From an uncultured Spirochaetota bacterium (GTDB lineage: Bacteria > Spirochaetota > Brevinematia > Brevinematales > JAOACQ01): a stretch of DNA of 64,000 bases. The notes beneath the pieces are model-generated. The model had not been told where the DNA came from. It worked only from the letters and a program-made list of their open reading frames with translations, and did no database searches. Where the stretch lies: NCBI GenBank assembly GCA_963768055.1, contig CAVYGN010000002.1:1440001-1504000 (forward strand), read 5' to 3'. Below are positions 1 to 8,896 of this stretch, piece after piece. Numbering within the stretch: position 1 is the first letter of the stretch; the number at the start of each line of letters is the position of its first letter. A program made the translations under genes and the position numbers.

Positions 1-60
1 TAATCCGACTTTGTTGCGAATTAAATCCGCTTCTTGTAAAATATTACCCTGGAGGTAATT

Positions 61-1044
61 ATGGCCAGGGTTAATATTACCGTTTCGATAGTGGTCCCGA
101 TGTATAATGAAACTGAAAATATTGATAGATTTTATAAAACCGTCACAAGGGTTCTCGAGTCGTCAAAAGAGAGTTTTGAAATAATATGCGTTAACGACGG
201 CAGCACTGATGATACACTGGAGCGTCTTCTAGACCTGCGCAGGCAGGACAAAAGGGTTAAAATAGTCGATTTTTCCAGGAATTTCGGAAAGGAGATCGCT
301 CTTTCCGCAGGTTTGGATTTTACAGCAGGCAGGGCCGTCATACCGATTGACGCCGATCTGCAAGACCCCCCTGAATTGATCCCGGATCTTATATTAAAGT
401 GGAAGGAGGGATTTGATGTAGTAACTGCCAGGAGGATCAAACGCAAGGGGGAAACCTGGCTTAAGAGGGGTACAGCGGCTCTTTTTTATAAAATTTTCAA
501 ATCTTTTACATCATTCGATATTGAGGAGAACACAGGCGATTTCAGGCTTCTTGACAGGAAAGTGGTAGACGCCTTGAAAGAGTTGAAGGAACACCATCGC
601 TATATGAAGGGGCTTTTCTTCTGGGTGGGTTTCAGGCAATGCTCCATTGGTTTTGAGAGGGATGCCCGGTTTGCGGGCAAAAGTAAATTGAGTTACTCTA
701 AATTGATCAGTCTCGCAGTGGAAGGATTAACCTCCTTCAGTCATATTCCGCTAAGGGCAGCCAGTTATCTTGGAATAATAATATCGTTTTTTTCTTTTTG
801 TTATGCGGCTTTTGTCATAATAAAAAAAATCGTTTCGGGCGATCCTGTCCAGGGCTATGCTTCTATGACCGCGATAATTTTATTTCTCGGGGGAATCCAG
901 CTTTTGACTATCGGCATAATTGGGGAATACATCGGAAGGATTTATAACGAGACCAAAAGAAGGCCTCTCTACATCGTAAGGGAAAAATACGGTTTCGGTT
1001 CCGGCGTACGGAGGATGCATGAGCTTAAAAAAGATCCTGAATAG
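61..1044 (+). CDS. gtrB: GT2 polyprenyl-phosphate glycosyltransferase (GtrB/YfdH family)
   Basis: VVPMYNE, VNDGSTD, FSRNFGKE, DADLQDPP, TGDFRLLDR motifs, two C-terminal TM helices, IGEYIGRIY-KRRPLY; GGAGG RBS. Confidence 0.9.
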   Translation: MARVNITVSIVVPMYNETENIDRFYKTVTRVLESSKESFEIICVNDGSTDDTLERLLDLRRQDKRVKIVDFSRNFGKEIALSAGLDFTAGRAVIPIDADLQDPPELIPDLILKWKEGFDVVTARRIKRKGETWLKRGTAALFYKIFKSFTSFDIEENTGDFRLLDRKVVDALKELKEHHRYMKGLFFWVGFRQCSIGFERDARFAGKSKLSYSKLISLAVEGLTSFSHIPLRAASYLGIIISFFSFCYAAFVIIKKIVSGDPVQGYASMTAIILFLGGIQLLTIGIIGEYIGRIYNETKRRPLYIVREKYGFGSGVRRMHELKKDPE

Positions 1045-1477
1045 GACAAATATCGCTCAGTTTATTAAATTCGGGCTTGTCGGGGTCCTCAACACACTTG
1101 TCGGATTCGGGTCATTTTTGATATTTAACCTCCTGTTTAATATTCAATACGTTATCGCTAACGTTCTCAGTTATATTCCCGGCCTCGCGAACAGTTTTAT
1201 CTGGAATAAATTCTGGACATTTAAAAGCAGCGGAAACAGGAATCTTGAGGCTGTACTCTTCCTTGCGGTATTCGTTCCCTGCTTCCTGGCCCAGAACGCC
1301 GTGCTTATTTTTTTAAAGGAGATCGCTAAACTAAACGTTGTCGTTTCACAGGTAATTTCAATGTTAATTTATACCGTGCTGGGTTTTATACTTAACAAGA
1401 CCATTACTTTTAATAAAAAAATCGTCGGGAAGGGTAATGGAAATTCACAAAGAGGCACGGAGACAAGAAGAAACTAA
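1019..1477 (+). CDS. gtrA: GtrA-family flippase
   Basis: QFIKFGLVGVLNT and NSFIWNKFWTF motifs, four TM helices; overlaps gtrB. Any ATG start may lie a few bases from the ORF-track start. Confidence 0.85.
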   Translation: MSLKKILNRTNIAQFIKFGLVGVLNTLVGFGSFLIFNLLFNIQYVIANVLSYIPGLANSFIWNKFWTFKSSGNRNLEAVLFLAVFVPCFLAQNAVLIFLKEIAKLNVVVSQVISMLIYTVLGFILNKTITFNKKIVGKGNGNSQRGTETRRN

Positions 1478-1540
1478 AAGTACGGATTCTTTTCGTCCAA
1501 CCCCGTTTCTGCGCCCTTTGCGCCTTCTTTGAGGTGAATT
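1442..1540. repeat. Imperfect inverted repeat of the purine-rich CGC(A/T)AAG / CAC(A/G)GAG repeat family
   Basis: AATTCAC 1442-1448 pairs with GTGAATT 1534-1540; AGAAAC 1469-1474 pairs with GTTTCT 1505-1510; purine-rich left arm, pyrimidine-rich right arm. Confidence 0.55.
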
Positions 1541-1723
1541 ACACCGTTAGCAGCGCTATCATCTAAAAAATGAATTAACAATTTTGCTTCCCGAATTTTT
1601 TACCGATCTCCGTTGCTCTGTTTCTCGTGTGAAAATTCGTTCCGGATCCATCGCGTTCTTTATTCCTTTACTTTGAATAAATCTCCATGTTATAATCATT
1701 TAATTCGGGCAAGGAGGGGCGGA

Positions 1724-2185
1724 ATGGAAGAAAAAATCGGGAAGCCTGTAAAATTCCCTGAATTGATTAAACTTGAGACGATAGAGGGGGAATGGGTTTC
1801 AGCCGGGGCTGAGGGTAAAACAAGGGAGCATTTCAGGAAGGCTTGCGACGGCTTTTGCTATCTGACGGATATCGAATCGGAAACACCCGCAGGCCTTATG
1901 AAAGGCCATGGAATAGTTTTCTACGACCAGGCGATCAAAAAATTCAGGATGGAATGGTATGATAATTTCACCAATTACATTACAGGCGAAGGAAAGTTTA
2001 CAGAAGAAGGAACTTTTATAATGATAGAAAAATACAGCAGGGATGGCCGCGCTTATCTGGAAAGGCATACTGACAAAGTTATCGACGGCGCCAGAAAACT
2101 TCATACCGTGGAAAATTTTATCAACGGGGAGTTCAAAAAGCTGAGCGAAATGTCATTTGACAGGGTTGGCCCTGCTAAGGGTTGA
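1724..2185 (+). CDS. Hypothetical protein, DUF1579-like beta-barrel
   Basis: ATG 1724 after AAGGAGG; IEGEW, G-G--YD---KKF---WYDN pattern; extended -10 TGTTATAAT upstream. Confidence 0.6.
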   Translation: MEEKIGKPVKFPELIKLETIEGEWVSAGAEGKTREHFRKACDGFCYLTDIESETPAGLMKGHGIVFYDQAIKKFRMEWYDNFTNYITGEGKFTEEGTFIMIEKYSRDGRAYLERHTDKVIDGARKLHTVENFINGEFKKLSEMSFDRVGPAKG

Positions 2186-3635
2186 CGCCAAGAACAACCT
2201 TTAATTTAATTCCCTCTCCCTGCGGGAGCGTTACGTAACCTCCGGAAGCATTGAAATTGGTCCAGGGCTTGCCGTCGATCTTGGCGCTTTTAATAACAAC
2301 GCCGGGATCTTCCAGGATTTTGACATAATGTTTTTCACCTGCATCGGAGTCGAGTTTAAAGTAAAGCTCCGCTGTGGATTTATTTACATAAAGGCTGGTG
2401 TAAAGATAATTGAAAAGCGCCTGTTCCATTGTATGATATGCGGATTTATAAAGGTTCCCCTTGTATTCATCAATAATTCCCCCGGTTTGACTTACAGTCG
2501 GATAAACTTCCCCGTAACGATGGTCTACCTGGTATGTATCCCAAAAATAAGAACATTCCCTGAAATATTCCAGATATTCAGGTTTGCCTGTAAACCGGAA
2601 GAGGTTAAGCATAAGCACATTTCCCTCTTCCTGGGTCCACCAGTCCTTAACGGTTTTCCTGAACCCCGGATTTTTTCCCTGGAACTGGAAGAACCAGCCG
2701 TAATTTTCCTTGTCCCAGTTATTTTTTATCTGGTAGGAGGCGATAAGGAGGGCCGCATCGGAATATTTTTTTTCTCCGGTGAGCCAGTATGTACGCATCA
2801 GTACCCAGGATGTTTTGAGGTTATGGCCCACCCAGAGCCATGGATCGGTTGAATTCCAGTTCCCGTCATAGTATTCGCCCACATACCCGGCTTCCGGATC
2901 TACCATGCGCGCTATGACTATATCTGCGATTTGCTTGAGGTCTTTTAGAATAGCCGGGTCTTTTTTTACAAGATAGTAATAAATGAGGTATGCCGAACAG
3001 GTGTCAATTTCCGCGTTAAATGATTTTTCAGTTGTTATAACGCTCCAGTCGCTTCCGACCTTAGCGTAGTATCCGCCTTTTTCACTGTCCCAGGCTTTCG
3101 TCTGCATCAAAGCGTGGGTTTTTTCTACGAACTGCAGGGCGTTTTTATCATGAGTTGTAAAATAGTAGATCACGGGGCCAAGATTACCATAAGTTTCGTC
3201 AAAAAGATTTTTTGAAGAAATTTTAGGCGTTTTATCGGAATTTATATACTCGTACCATCCCCCGTTAACCCTGTCCCATCCATAGTTGGTCAGATATTCC
3301 AGGCCATGCCGGGCTAATTTCAGGTATTTATCGTCGCCGGATAACAGATACGCGGCTGAAAACCCGAAGACAGCCCTTGAAAGCATCCGCGGATATTTGC
3401 CTTTTTCCGACCCGATAGAGCCGTCCCTGCCCACATCCGTAAAAAACCCGCCGTTATCCCAGTCGGCCGTTTTTTCCCAGAATGGAATTATTTCGGTAAG
3501 AGCCTGTTTTTTCCAGAAGCCGGGATCCTGATAAACGTTCAGATCCGATTTCTGTTTTAGATCCTCGCTGTATGAAAAGAGGAAAGAGAAAAGCACGATT
3601 ATTATAAAAAGCGCTTTAATATAGTTTTTAATCAT
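2175..3635 (-). CDS. Exported AGE-family (cellobiose 2-epimerase / N-acylglucosamine 2-epimerase-like) protein
   Basis: IIPFW-D--NGGF, MLSRAVFGFSAAY, WDRVNGGWY, GHNLK, WWTQEE, KSAYH; N-terminal signal peptide. Confidence 0.8.
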   Translation of the reverse strand: MIKNYIKALFIIIVLFSFLFSYSEDLKQKSDLNVYQDPGFWKKQALTEIIPFWEKTADWDNGGFFTDVGRDGSIGSEKGKYPRMLSRAVFGFSAAYLLSGDDKYLKLARHGLEYLTNYGWDRVNGGWYEYINSDKTPKISSKNLFDETYGNLGPVIYYFTTHDKNALQFVEKTHALMQTKAWDSEKGGYYAKVGSDWSVITTEKSFNAEIDTCSAYLIYYYLVKKDPAILKDLKQIADIVIARMVDPEAGYVGEYYDGNWNSTDPWLWVGHNLKTSWVLMRTYWLTGEKKYSDAALLIASYQIKNNWDKENYGWFFQFQGKNPGFRKTVKDWWTQEEGNVLMLNLFRFTGKPEYLEYFRECSYFWDTYQVDHRYGEVYPTVSQTGGIIDEYKGNLYKSAYHTMEQALFNYLYTSLYVNKSTAELYFKLDSDAGEKHYVKILEDPGVVIKSAKIDGKPWTNFNASGGYVTLPQGEGIKLKVVLGVNP

Positions 3636-3701
3636 TTATAATCTCCCAAATAAATATAATTCAATCAAATTTGATATATCTAAAATGAATTTTCATGGGT
3701 T

Positions 3702-4268
3702 TTATTCAAGGTGAAATTTTAAAGTCAGAAGCATGCACACCGCTCTGGCTGCTCCCCCAATTTTTGCCGGTCTGAACCTTGCCGACGATACAGCTTCTAA
3801 AGCAGATTTCGACAGTAAATCGCTGGGCGATTTCTGGATTTCGACTTTTTTTACATTTCCAAGCTCATCGATGTACAGCATTACAAGTACTTTGCCTTCG
3901 ATGCCGGTCCTTCGAGCCTCTTCGGGATATTTCGGACTGATCGGAGATAGCGGTATAGGGAGTTCTTCGACCTGATAACTTGGGACATAACCGCTTAAAT
4001 CCAACGGGCTGCCGCCGCCGGTATCTTCATTATCCTCTTTTTGAAGCTCCTGAAAGTTTGTGTTGATAACCGGCTTCATCTTTTTATTAGCCGCCTCGCC
4101 CATGACAAAAGGTTTGGGAGTCTTCATATCTATCGAGTGTTTTTCATCGTTAAGCTGAACATAGGTATCGTTAGTCATTATGAAACCTGCCTGGAATCTT
4201 AACATTAACAAAAACAGAACAAGCAAGTGAAGAACGGCGGATATACCTACGAAACGCAGCATTTTCAT
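3702..4268 (-). CDS. tonB: Energy transducer TonB
   Basis: N-terminal TM with S---H (SAVLH); PKYPEEARRTGIEGKV and RFRPA TonB C-terminal domain. Confidence 0.9.
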   Translation of the reverse strand: MKMLRFVGISAVLHLLVLFLLMLRFQAGFIMTNDTYVQLNDEKHSIDMKTPKPFVMGEAANKKMKPVINTNFQELQKEDNEDTGGGSPLDLSGYVPSYQVEELPIPLSPISPKYPEEARRTGIEGKVLVMLYIDELGNVKKVEIQKSPSDLLSKSALEAVSSARFRPAKIGGAARAVCMLLTLKFHLE

Positions 4269-4281
4269 AATTCTCCCCCGG

Positions 4282-4704
4282 CTATCTTTTTATTTCAGTC
4301 CCGAGCAGGATCTTCTTTATACCTATTTCCTTTATGGCATCTATTATGCCGATGATTGTACTGTACCGGCAGTTTTTATCGCCGTTTATGACAACCGCGG
4401 AATTTTCGCTGTTTCCCACTGTATTCAGGATCTTCGTTTTAATCTTTTCAGCATCGGCCGGCATGCTGTATTCCACGTCGTCAATAAATATTGCCCCCTG
4501 TTCTGTCACCTGGACAGTCATCCTCATAGGCTTGTCCTCGGTCTTCGTGCTCTTTGTTTCCGGCAGGTTGATTTTTATCTTCCCCTGGTATATCAGGGGC
4601 GTGGCGATAATAAATATGATCAAAAGAACCAATACTACGTCGGTAAAAGGCGTAATATTGATATCGGTCATCAATTTCCTTTTTTCTGATCTCTTTTTTA
4701 TCAT
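4282..4704 (-). CDS. exbD: ExbD/TolR biopolymer transport protein
   Basis: INITPFTDVVLVLLIIF motif. Confidence 0.9.
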   Translation of the reverse strand: MIKKRSEKRKLMTDINITPFTDVVLVLLIIFIIATPLIYQGKIKINLPETKSTKTEDKPMRMTVQVTEQGAIFIDDVEYSMPADAEKIKTKILNTVGNSENSAVVINGDKNCRYSTIIGIIDAIKEIGIKKILLGTEIKR

Positions 4705-4707
4705 AGT

Positions 4708-5334
4708 TTATTTCCTTAATAAATCGAGGGTCTCGGAAGCGCAGATCTCCATATCCGTAGCGATATTGCCTATATTGTTCATCAAAGTGTTATAAGCGAT
4801 GACTGTCGGAACCGCTACAAGAATACCTGTGGCTGTTGTAATGAGGGCTTCTGCAATACCCGCTACTACCCCGGCTATGCCCGTCCCGCTGCCTGCTGAA
4901 AGAGCAATGTCCTGGAATGCCCTTATAATGCCGATAACCGTACCGAACAGGCCGATATATACTACAGTGCTCCCTATGGAACCAAGTATGCCCGTGAATC
5001 TTTCAAGTTCTTTAACTTCAATGCTGATCTGCCTGTCCATCGCGTTAGTTATTTTTTCTTCGTTCTTTCCGTTAAGAAGAAGCCCTGATTGAACCACCTT
5101 GGCTAAGGGAGAAATTACTGTCCCTGAATAGGCTATCGCACCCTGCAGGCTGTTATTTTCGATATAACTTCGTATCTTTTCCATGAAGACCGGCCTTTTC
5201 ACTCTGGTTTTGCTCCTGAGATGAAATACCCTTTCAAGTATGAATGAAAGAGATATTATCGAGCAGATCAGAAGAACGGTCATTGTAAATCCGCCCATCT
5301 GTAGAATATCCCAGATCGATTTTCCGACAAACAT
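4708..5334 (-). CDS. exbB: ExbB/TolQ proton channel protein
   Basis: IGLFGTVIGIIRAF and GIAEALITTATGILVAVP motifs; AGGAGG RBS. Confidence 0.9.
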   Translation of the reverse strand: MFVGKSIWDILQMGGFTMTVLLICSIISLSFILERVFHLRSKTRVKRPVFMEKIRSYIENNSLQGAIAYSGTVISPLAKVVQSGLLLNGKNEEKITNAMDRQISIEVKELERFTGILGSIGSTVVYIGLFGTVIGIIRAFQDIALSAGSGTGIAGVVAGIAEALITTATGILVAVPTVIAYNTLMNNIGNIATDMEICASETLDLLRK

Positions 5335-5367
5335 TTGTTCCTCCTGATAAATTAACTGAAAATATAT

Positions 5368-5383
5368 TGCAATTAATATGCCA
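5368..5383 (-). promoter_or_regulatory. sigma54 (-24/-12) promoter for exbB-exbD-tonB
   Basis: Minus strand TGGCATATTAATTGCA = GG-N10-GC, 34 nt upstream of the exbB start. Confidence 0.7.
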
Positions 5384-5505
5384 TTTTAGATAATATAACA
5401 CCGCATACTTTTAAATCTGTCACTTTAATATGAAATTATAACGAAAATTCAAGATAAAAACAAAAAATTAGACTCAATCATGGCAATTGTTTTTCACCGG
5501 CGGTT

Positions 5506-5548
5506 CACAAGCGCCCTTCGGGCCCTGAGGGCCCTAACGGGCACAAGC
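5506..5548. repeat. GC-rich palindromic module flanked by CACAAGC direct repeats
   Basis: GCCCTTCGGGC, GGCCCTGAGGGCC, GCCCTAACGGGC; shares CCCTAACGGGCAC with the element at 51034-51108. Confidence 0.55.
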
Positions 5549-5692
5549 AAACGCTCGCTTCATAATGATCTCTAATTGATAGCCTTTTTTTAATAATTGA
5601 TAATAAAAATTGCTTAATTCCGATAAGAATATTATTTTTAATATAAAAACGGATGATTTTTCGTTCATAATTAAAAGAAAATCCTGTTGAAC

Positions 5693-5719
5693 TTTAAGAT
5701 TTTCCTTCATTACCGATAA
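5693..5719 (+). promoter_or_regulatory. Putative sigma28 promoter of motAB
   Basis: ACCGATAA 5712-5719 with an imperfect TTTA/TTAA -35 element 14-15 nt upstream; second TCCGATAA at 5619-5626. Confidence 0.5.
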
Positions 5720-5755
5720 TATTATTATTACTTAAAACTTTATTGGAGGGAATAA

Positions 5756-6583
5756 GTGGGTATCGGTAGAAAGGGCCGCGATCTGGCCACGATCATAGGT
5801 ATACCGTTCGGTTTCGGAATGCTTCTGATAGCATATGTAATAGAAGGGGGTAACTTAGGCGCTCTGGTATCCAGCGTTTCGCCCTTCCTGATAGTTGTCG
5901 GCGGCACGATAGGAGCGACTATGGTGTCTTTCAAGATGGAAGACATATTCAATATCCCGAAGCTGATTGCCCAGGCCATGAGCGAAAAAGTTGTTCCTAC
6001 CAAAGATCTTCTGGAAATGTTTATTACCTTCTCGGAAAAATCGAGAAGAGAGGGCATATTGAGCCTTGAAAACGATATCGAGGATTTGACCAGCATCGAC
6101 CCGCTTATGTTCAAGGGTATGAAGCTTATAATAGACGGAACGGACCCCGAGGTTGTCAAGCATACTATCTCTAACGATATTTTCCTGTACGAACTGAAAA
6201 GAAGGCACGAAGCGAGCATATTCGAACAGGCGGGGGGGTTTTCACCGACTATGGGGATCGTCGGCACAGTTCTGGGCCTTGTAAACGTTCTGGGCAGGCT
6301 TTCTTCGCCGGAAGCCCTTGGCCCTGCCATAGCCCTCGCTTTCCTTGCGACCCTTTACGGTATCAGTTTTGCGAACCTGTTCTGGCTTCCCATAGCTAAC
6401 AAGATAAAGCTTAATTGCGCAAGTACCAAGCTCCAGAAGGAGCTTGTGCTGGAAGCCATGATAAGCATACAGCAGGGCGAGAACCCCAGCATCATGAAAG
6501 ACAAGCTCGAAGATTACCTCAACGAAAAAGAGAAGCAGAAACTTAAACAGCAGGAAAGCCCGACGGGCGAAAGGGAAAGGTAA
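5756..6583 (+). CDS. motA: Flagellar stator MotA
   Basis: DLATIIG, IVVGGTIGA, SRREGILSLE, AGGFSPTMGIVGTVLGL, AFLATLYG, GENP motifs; GTG start with GGAGG. Confidence 0.93.
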   Translation: MGIGRKGRDLATIIGIPFGFGMLLIAYVIEGGNLGALVSSVSPFLIVVGGTIGATMVSFKMEDIFNIPKLIAQAMSEKVVPTKDLLEMFITFSEKSRREGILSLENDIEDLTSIDPLMFKGMKLIIDGTDPEVVKHTISNDIFLYELKRRHEASIFEQAGGFSPTMGIVGTVLGLVNVLGRLSSPEALGPAIALAFLATLYGISFANLFWLPIANKIKLNCASTKLQKELVLEAMISIQQGENPSIMKDKLEDYLNEKEKQKLKQQESPTGERER

Positions 6584-6589
6584 GGTCGT

Positions 6590-7348
6590 ATGCCTGACAG
6601 AAGAAGGATCGACGATAATCCGGGCGACCTTATGAGGTGGCTTCTGACCTATTCCGACATGATAACGCTGCTTTTGCTGTTTTTTATCGTTTTGTACTCT
6701 CTCTCCGTTGTGTCACAAAAAAAATTCGAACAGATTATCGAATCCCTGGGCACTGTTTTCGGAGGGGGGAAGCCCGGCATTATGATCCAAGAGAATACCT
6801 CAATCGAAAGCATCACCCCTGAAAATCAGCCTTATTCCGGAAAATACCCCCTCTCAAGCAAAAGAGCGCATGAGCAGGCGTTAAGCTTTGAAAAAACGAT
6901 TTCCGCCCTTCGCCCTCTCGTAAGTTCGAGAAAGGTCAGGGTCCAGCTTGATGAAAGAGGGCTCGTCATTACTCTTTCATCAGATATATATTTCGATTCC
7001 GGTTCGGCCGAATTGAAAGACGAGGGCAAGGATGTCCTCGAGAAAATTTATCCGGCGCTCAGACAGCTCTCTAACAATATAAGGGTCGAGGGCAATGCCG
7101 ACGATGTCCAGATGAACCCGGAGCTGGCAGTTACGCCGAATCCTTCAAAGTTTTCATCGAACTGGGAATTGGCCTCTCAGCGGTCGATCAATGTGCTTAA
7201 GTTCCTGGTTTCCGGTGGAGTCGACCCGAAAAGGACATATTCGGTCTCGTACGGCGATGAAAAACCTATCGAACCTAACAAAGACCCCGAAAGCCGGGCG
7301 TTTAACAGAAGGGTGGATATTGTCGTCGTCACTGAAGGCGGGGAATAG
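6590..7348 (+). CDS. motB: Flagellar stator MotB
   Basis: RWLLTYSDMITLLLLFFIVLYS with conserved Asp; OmpA-like domain SNWELASQR and NRRVDI. Confidence 0.92.
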   Translation: MPDRRRIDDNPGDLMRWLLTYSDMITLLLLFFIVLYSLSVVSQKKFEQIIESLGTVFGGGKPGIMIQENTSIESITPENQPYSGKYPLSSKRAHEQALSFEKTISALRPLVSSRKVRVQLDERGLVITLSSDIYFDSGSAELKDEGKDVLEKIYPALRQLSNNIRVEGNADDVQMNPELAVTPNPSKFSSNWELASQRSINVLKFLVSGGVDPKRTYSVSYGDEKPIEPNKDPESRAFNRRVDIVVVTEGGE

Positions 7349-7408
7349 GGAACTTCCGCTAAGCCATGCAAAGAAATGCAAAGTATTGATTTTGACTTTG
7401 ACTGTCGA

Positions 7409-7822
7409 CTATCGACTGAATTGATGAGACATCGGCATAAAAGGGGATTCGGGATTGACAGTCAGCGTCTCGTTTGACATATCGATTACGACATCCATGT
7501 CTTCCATAGGAATCTGGCCCAACAAAATGGGGGCGCCGGGGCTTTCTATCATAACGTTGCAATTTGTATTTCTTTTAAGCGCAGAAACGAAAACATGAAC
7601 CACTGAATCAATATTTTTGATTACCGTTTTACCATCTGCGTATTTAACGGTTTTTTTATCAACGATCTCAAGCCCTAAAGTTTGAGCAAGATATTCCGAG
7701 ATTGACAGCATTCTTGCCCCGCTGTCAACCACGGCCTCGGTTTCTATCTGACGTGGGTTATCTGTTTTATTTGCGATATCGGCATAATTCGTAATGATGA
7801 TTTTTGTTTTGATCTGTCCCAC
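7409..7822 (-). CDS. Clan AA retropepsin-like aspartyl protease
   Basis: AVVDSGA catalytic motif, YADG, ILLGQIPMEDMD; GTG start with GGAGG; own sigma70 promoter TTGACA-N17-TAGAAT (7884-7856). Confidence 0.8.
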   Translation of the reverse strand: MGQIKTKIIITNYADIANKTDNPRQIETEAVVDSGARMLSISEYLAQTLGLEIVDKKTVKYADGKTVIKNIDSVVHVFVSALKRNTNCNVMIESPGAPILLGQIPMEDMDVVIDMSNETLTVNPESPFMPMSHQFSR

Positions 7823-7913
7823 AAAACCTCCATAGTGCAGACAAACATTTTTATAATTCTAAATAAATTTAAATAATTTGTCAAATGCACTGGTTAGGGA
7901 TGCGGGAAATTCC

Positions 7914-7939
7914 ATCGCAAAGCTGCCAAGAACGCTAAG
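7914..7939 (+). repeat. Left-boundary repeat of the AT-rich island
   Basis: ATCGCAAAGCTGCCAAGAACGCTAAG, 19/26 identical to the reverse complement of 14721-14746. Confidence 0.55.
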
Positions 7940-8206
7940 GGGTTTGAGAGTTTGAAGTTGAGGGGCTATCCGCGAAGCCAAGAAATGAAAAGGGCGGGGA
8001 AAACGGAAACACGGATTGCACAGATAACATCCATCCGTGAAGATGCTTTGATAGAAATAAATAATATAATTAGTTACGGATTTCACAGATTATTCTTTTG
8101 TATCCGAAAGTGGATATAAGAGTCGCTATGGAATGAGGAAAATACGAGTAAACTTCGCCGTGAAGCCGTGAAATTTGATTTATAAAAACAATAATATAAA
8201 TATATA

Positions 8207-8247
8207 TTGACACTATTTACAAAGTGCAGTAGACTACTAAATGTAGT
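8207..8247 (+). promoter_or_regulatory. sigma70 promoter with overlapping palindrome ACTAC-N5-GTAGT
   Basis: TTGACA 8207-8212, 17-nt spacer, TAGACT 8230-8235; palindrome 8233-8247. Confidence 0.6.
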
Positions 8248-8270
8248 AAATTATAAAAAGAGGTATTTAA

Positions 8271-8756
8271 ATGAATATTCCTACTAACTTAAAACATAAA
8301 CCTGTGATTATATCAGAAAATTATGATTCTGTCGATGGGAAATATGCATCTGATTCAGATGCCAAAGGTCTATCATTAGGACTTGCTCAATGGAATAGAG
8401 GAAGGAAAATAGACATTTCCGCAAAGATTTGGCGTCATACTGGAGATAAATGGTCAAGACAATCCGAAGAGATGCCTTTACATAGGGTTCTTGATCTAGC
8501 AATAATAATATGCAAAACTAAACTGTATTTTAAAAAATCATATGATGCTATTGAGGATGATGATAAGTACCCAAATTACCCAAAATTAAATGAAATAATA
8601 CCTTTGCAAGAAAAATCTTTAAATATTACGACTTGCTCAAATAATGAACATATTGAAGAAGATATTATGACATTTAAAAAATGCTTAAAAGAAGATGATG
8701 AATTTTTAAATGAACGTTTTAAATTATTATCAATCTTACTAAAAGAACTTGATTAA
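8271..8756 (+). CDS. DUF6530-family protein
   Basis: IPT-LKHKPVI-SENY--VDG, SDAKGLSLGLAQWN, KWSRQSEE-PLHRVLDLAI recognised family pattern. Confidence 0.75.
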   Translation: MNIPTNLKHKPVIISENYDSVDGKYASDSDAKGLSLGLAQWNRGRKIDISAKIWRHTGDKWSRQSEEMPLHRVLDLAIIICKTKLYFKKSYDAIEDDDKYPNYPKLNEIIPLQEKSLNITTCSNNEHIEEDIMTFKKCLKEDDEFLNERFKLLSILLKELD

Positions 8757-8896
8757 ATAAACTCCTCGGAACTCTGTCCCGAGATATTGTTCAAAACATT
8801 GGGGAACCTTTTTTAAAAAAGAAGCGAGGTAGAGCTTCGGAAAATTAACCGTAGAGATTAATGAGCTTGAAATGAATGATTTAAGGTGGTGCTAAA

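Noticed and set aside
5756..7348. motAB next to a defence island as a Zorya (ZorAB) system
   Set aside because: Canonical flagellar MotA and MotB motifs, no long ZorA tail, no zorC/D/E, native base composition, and located outside the island repeats.
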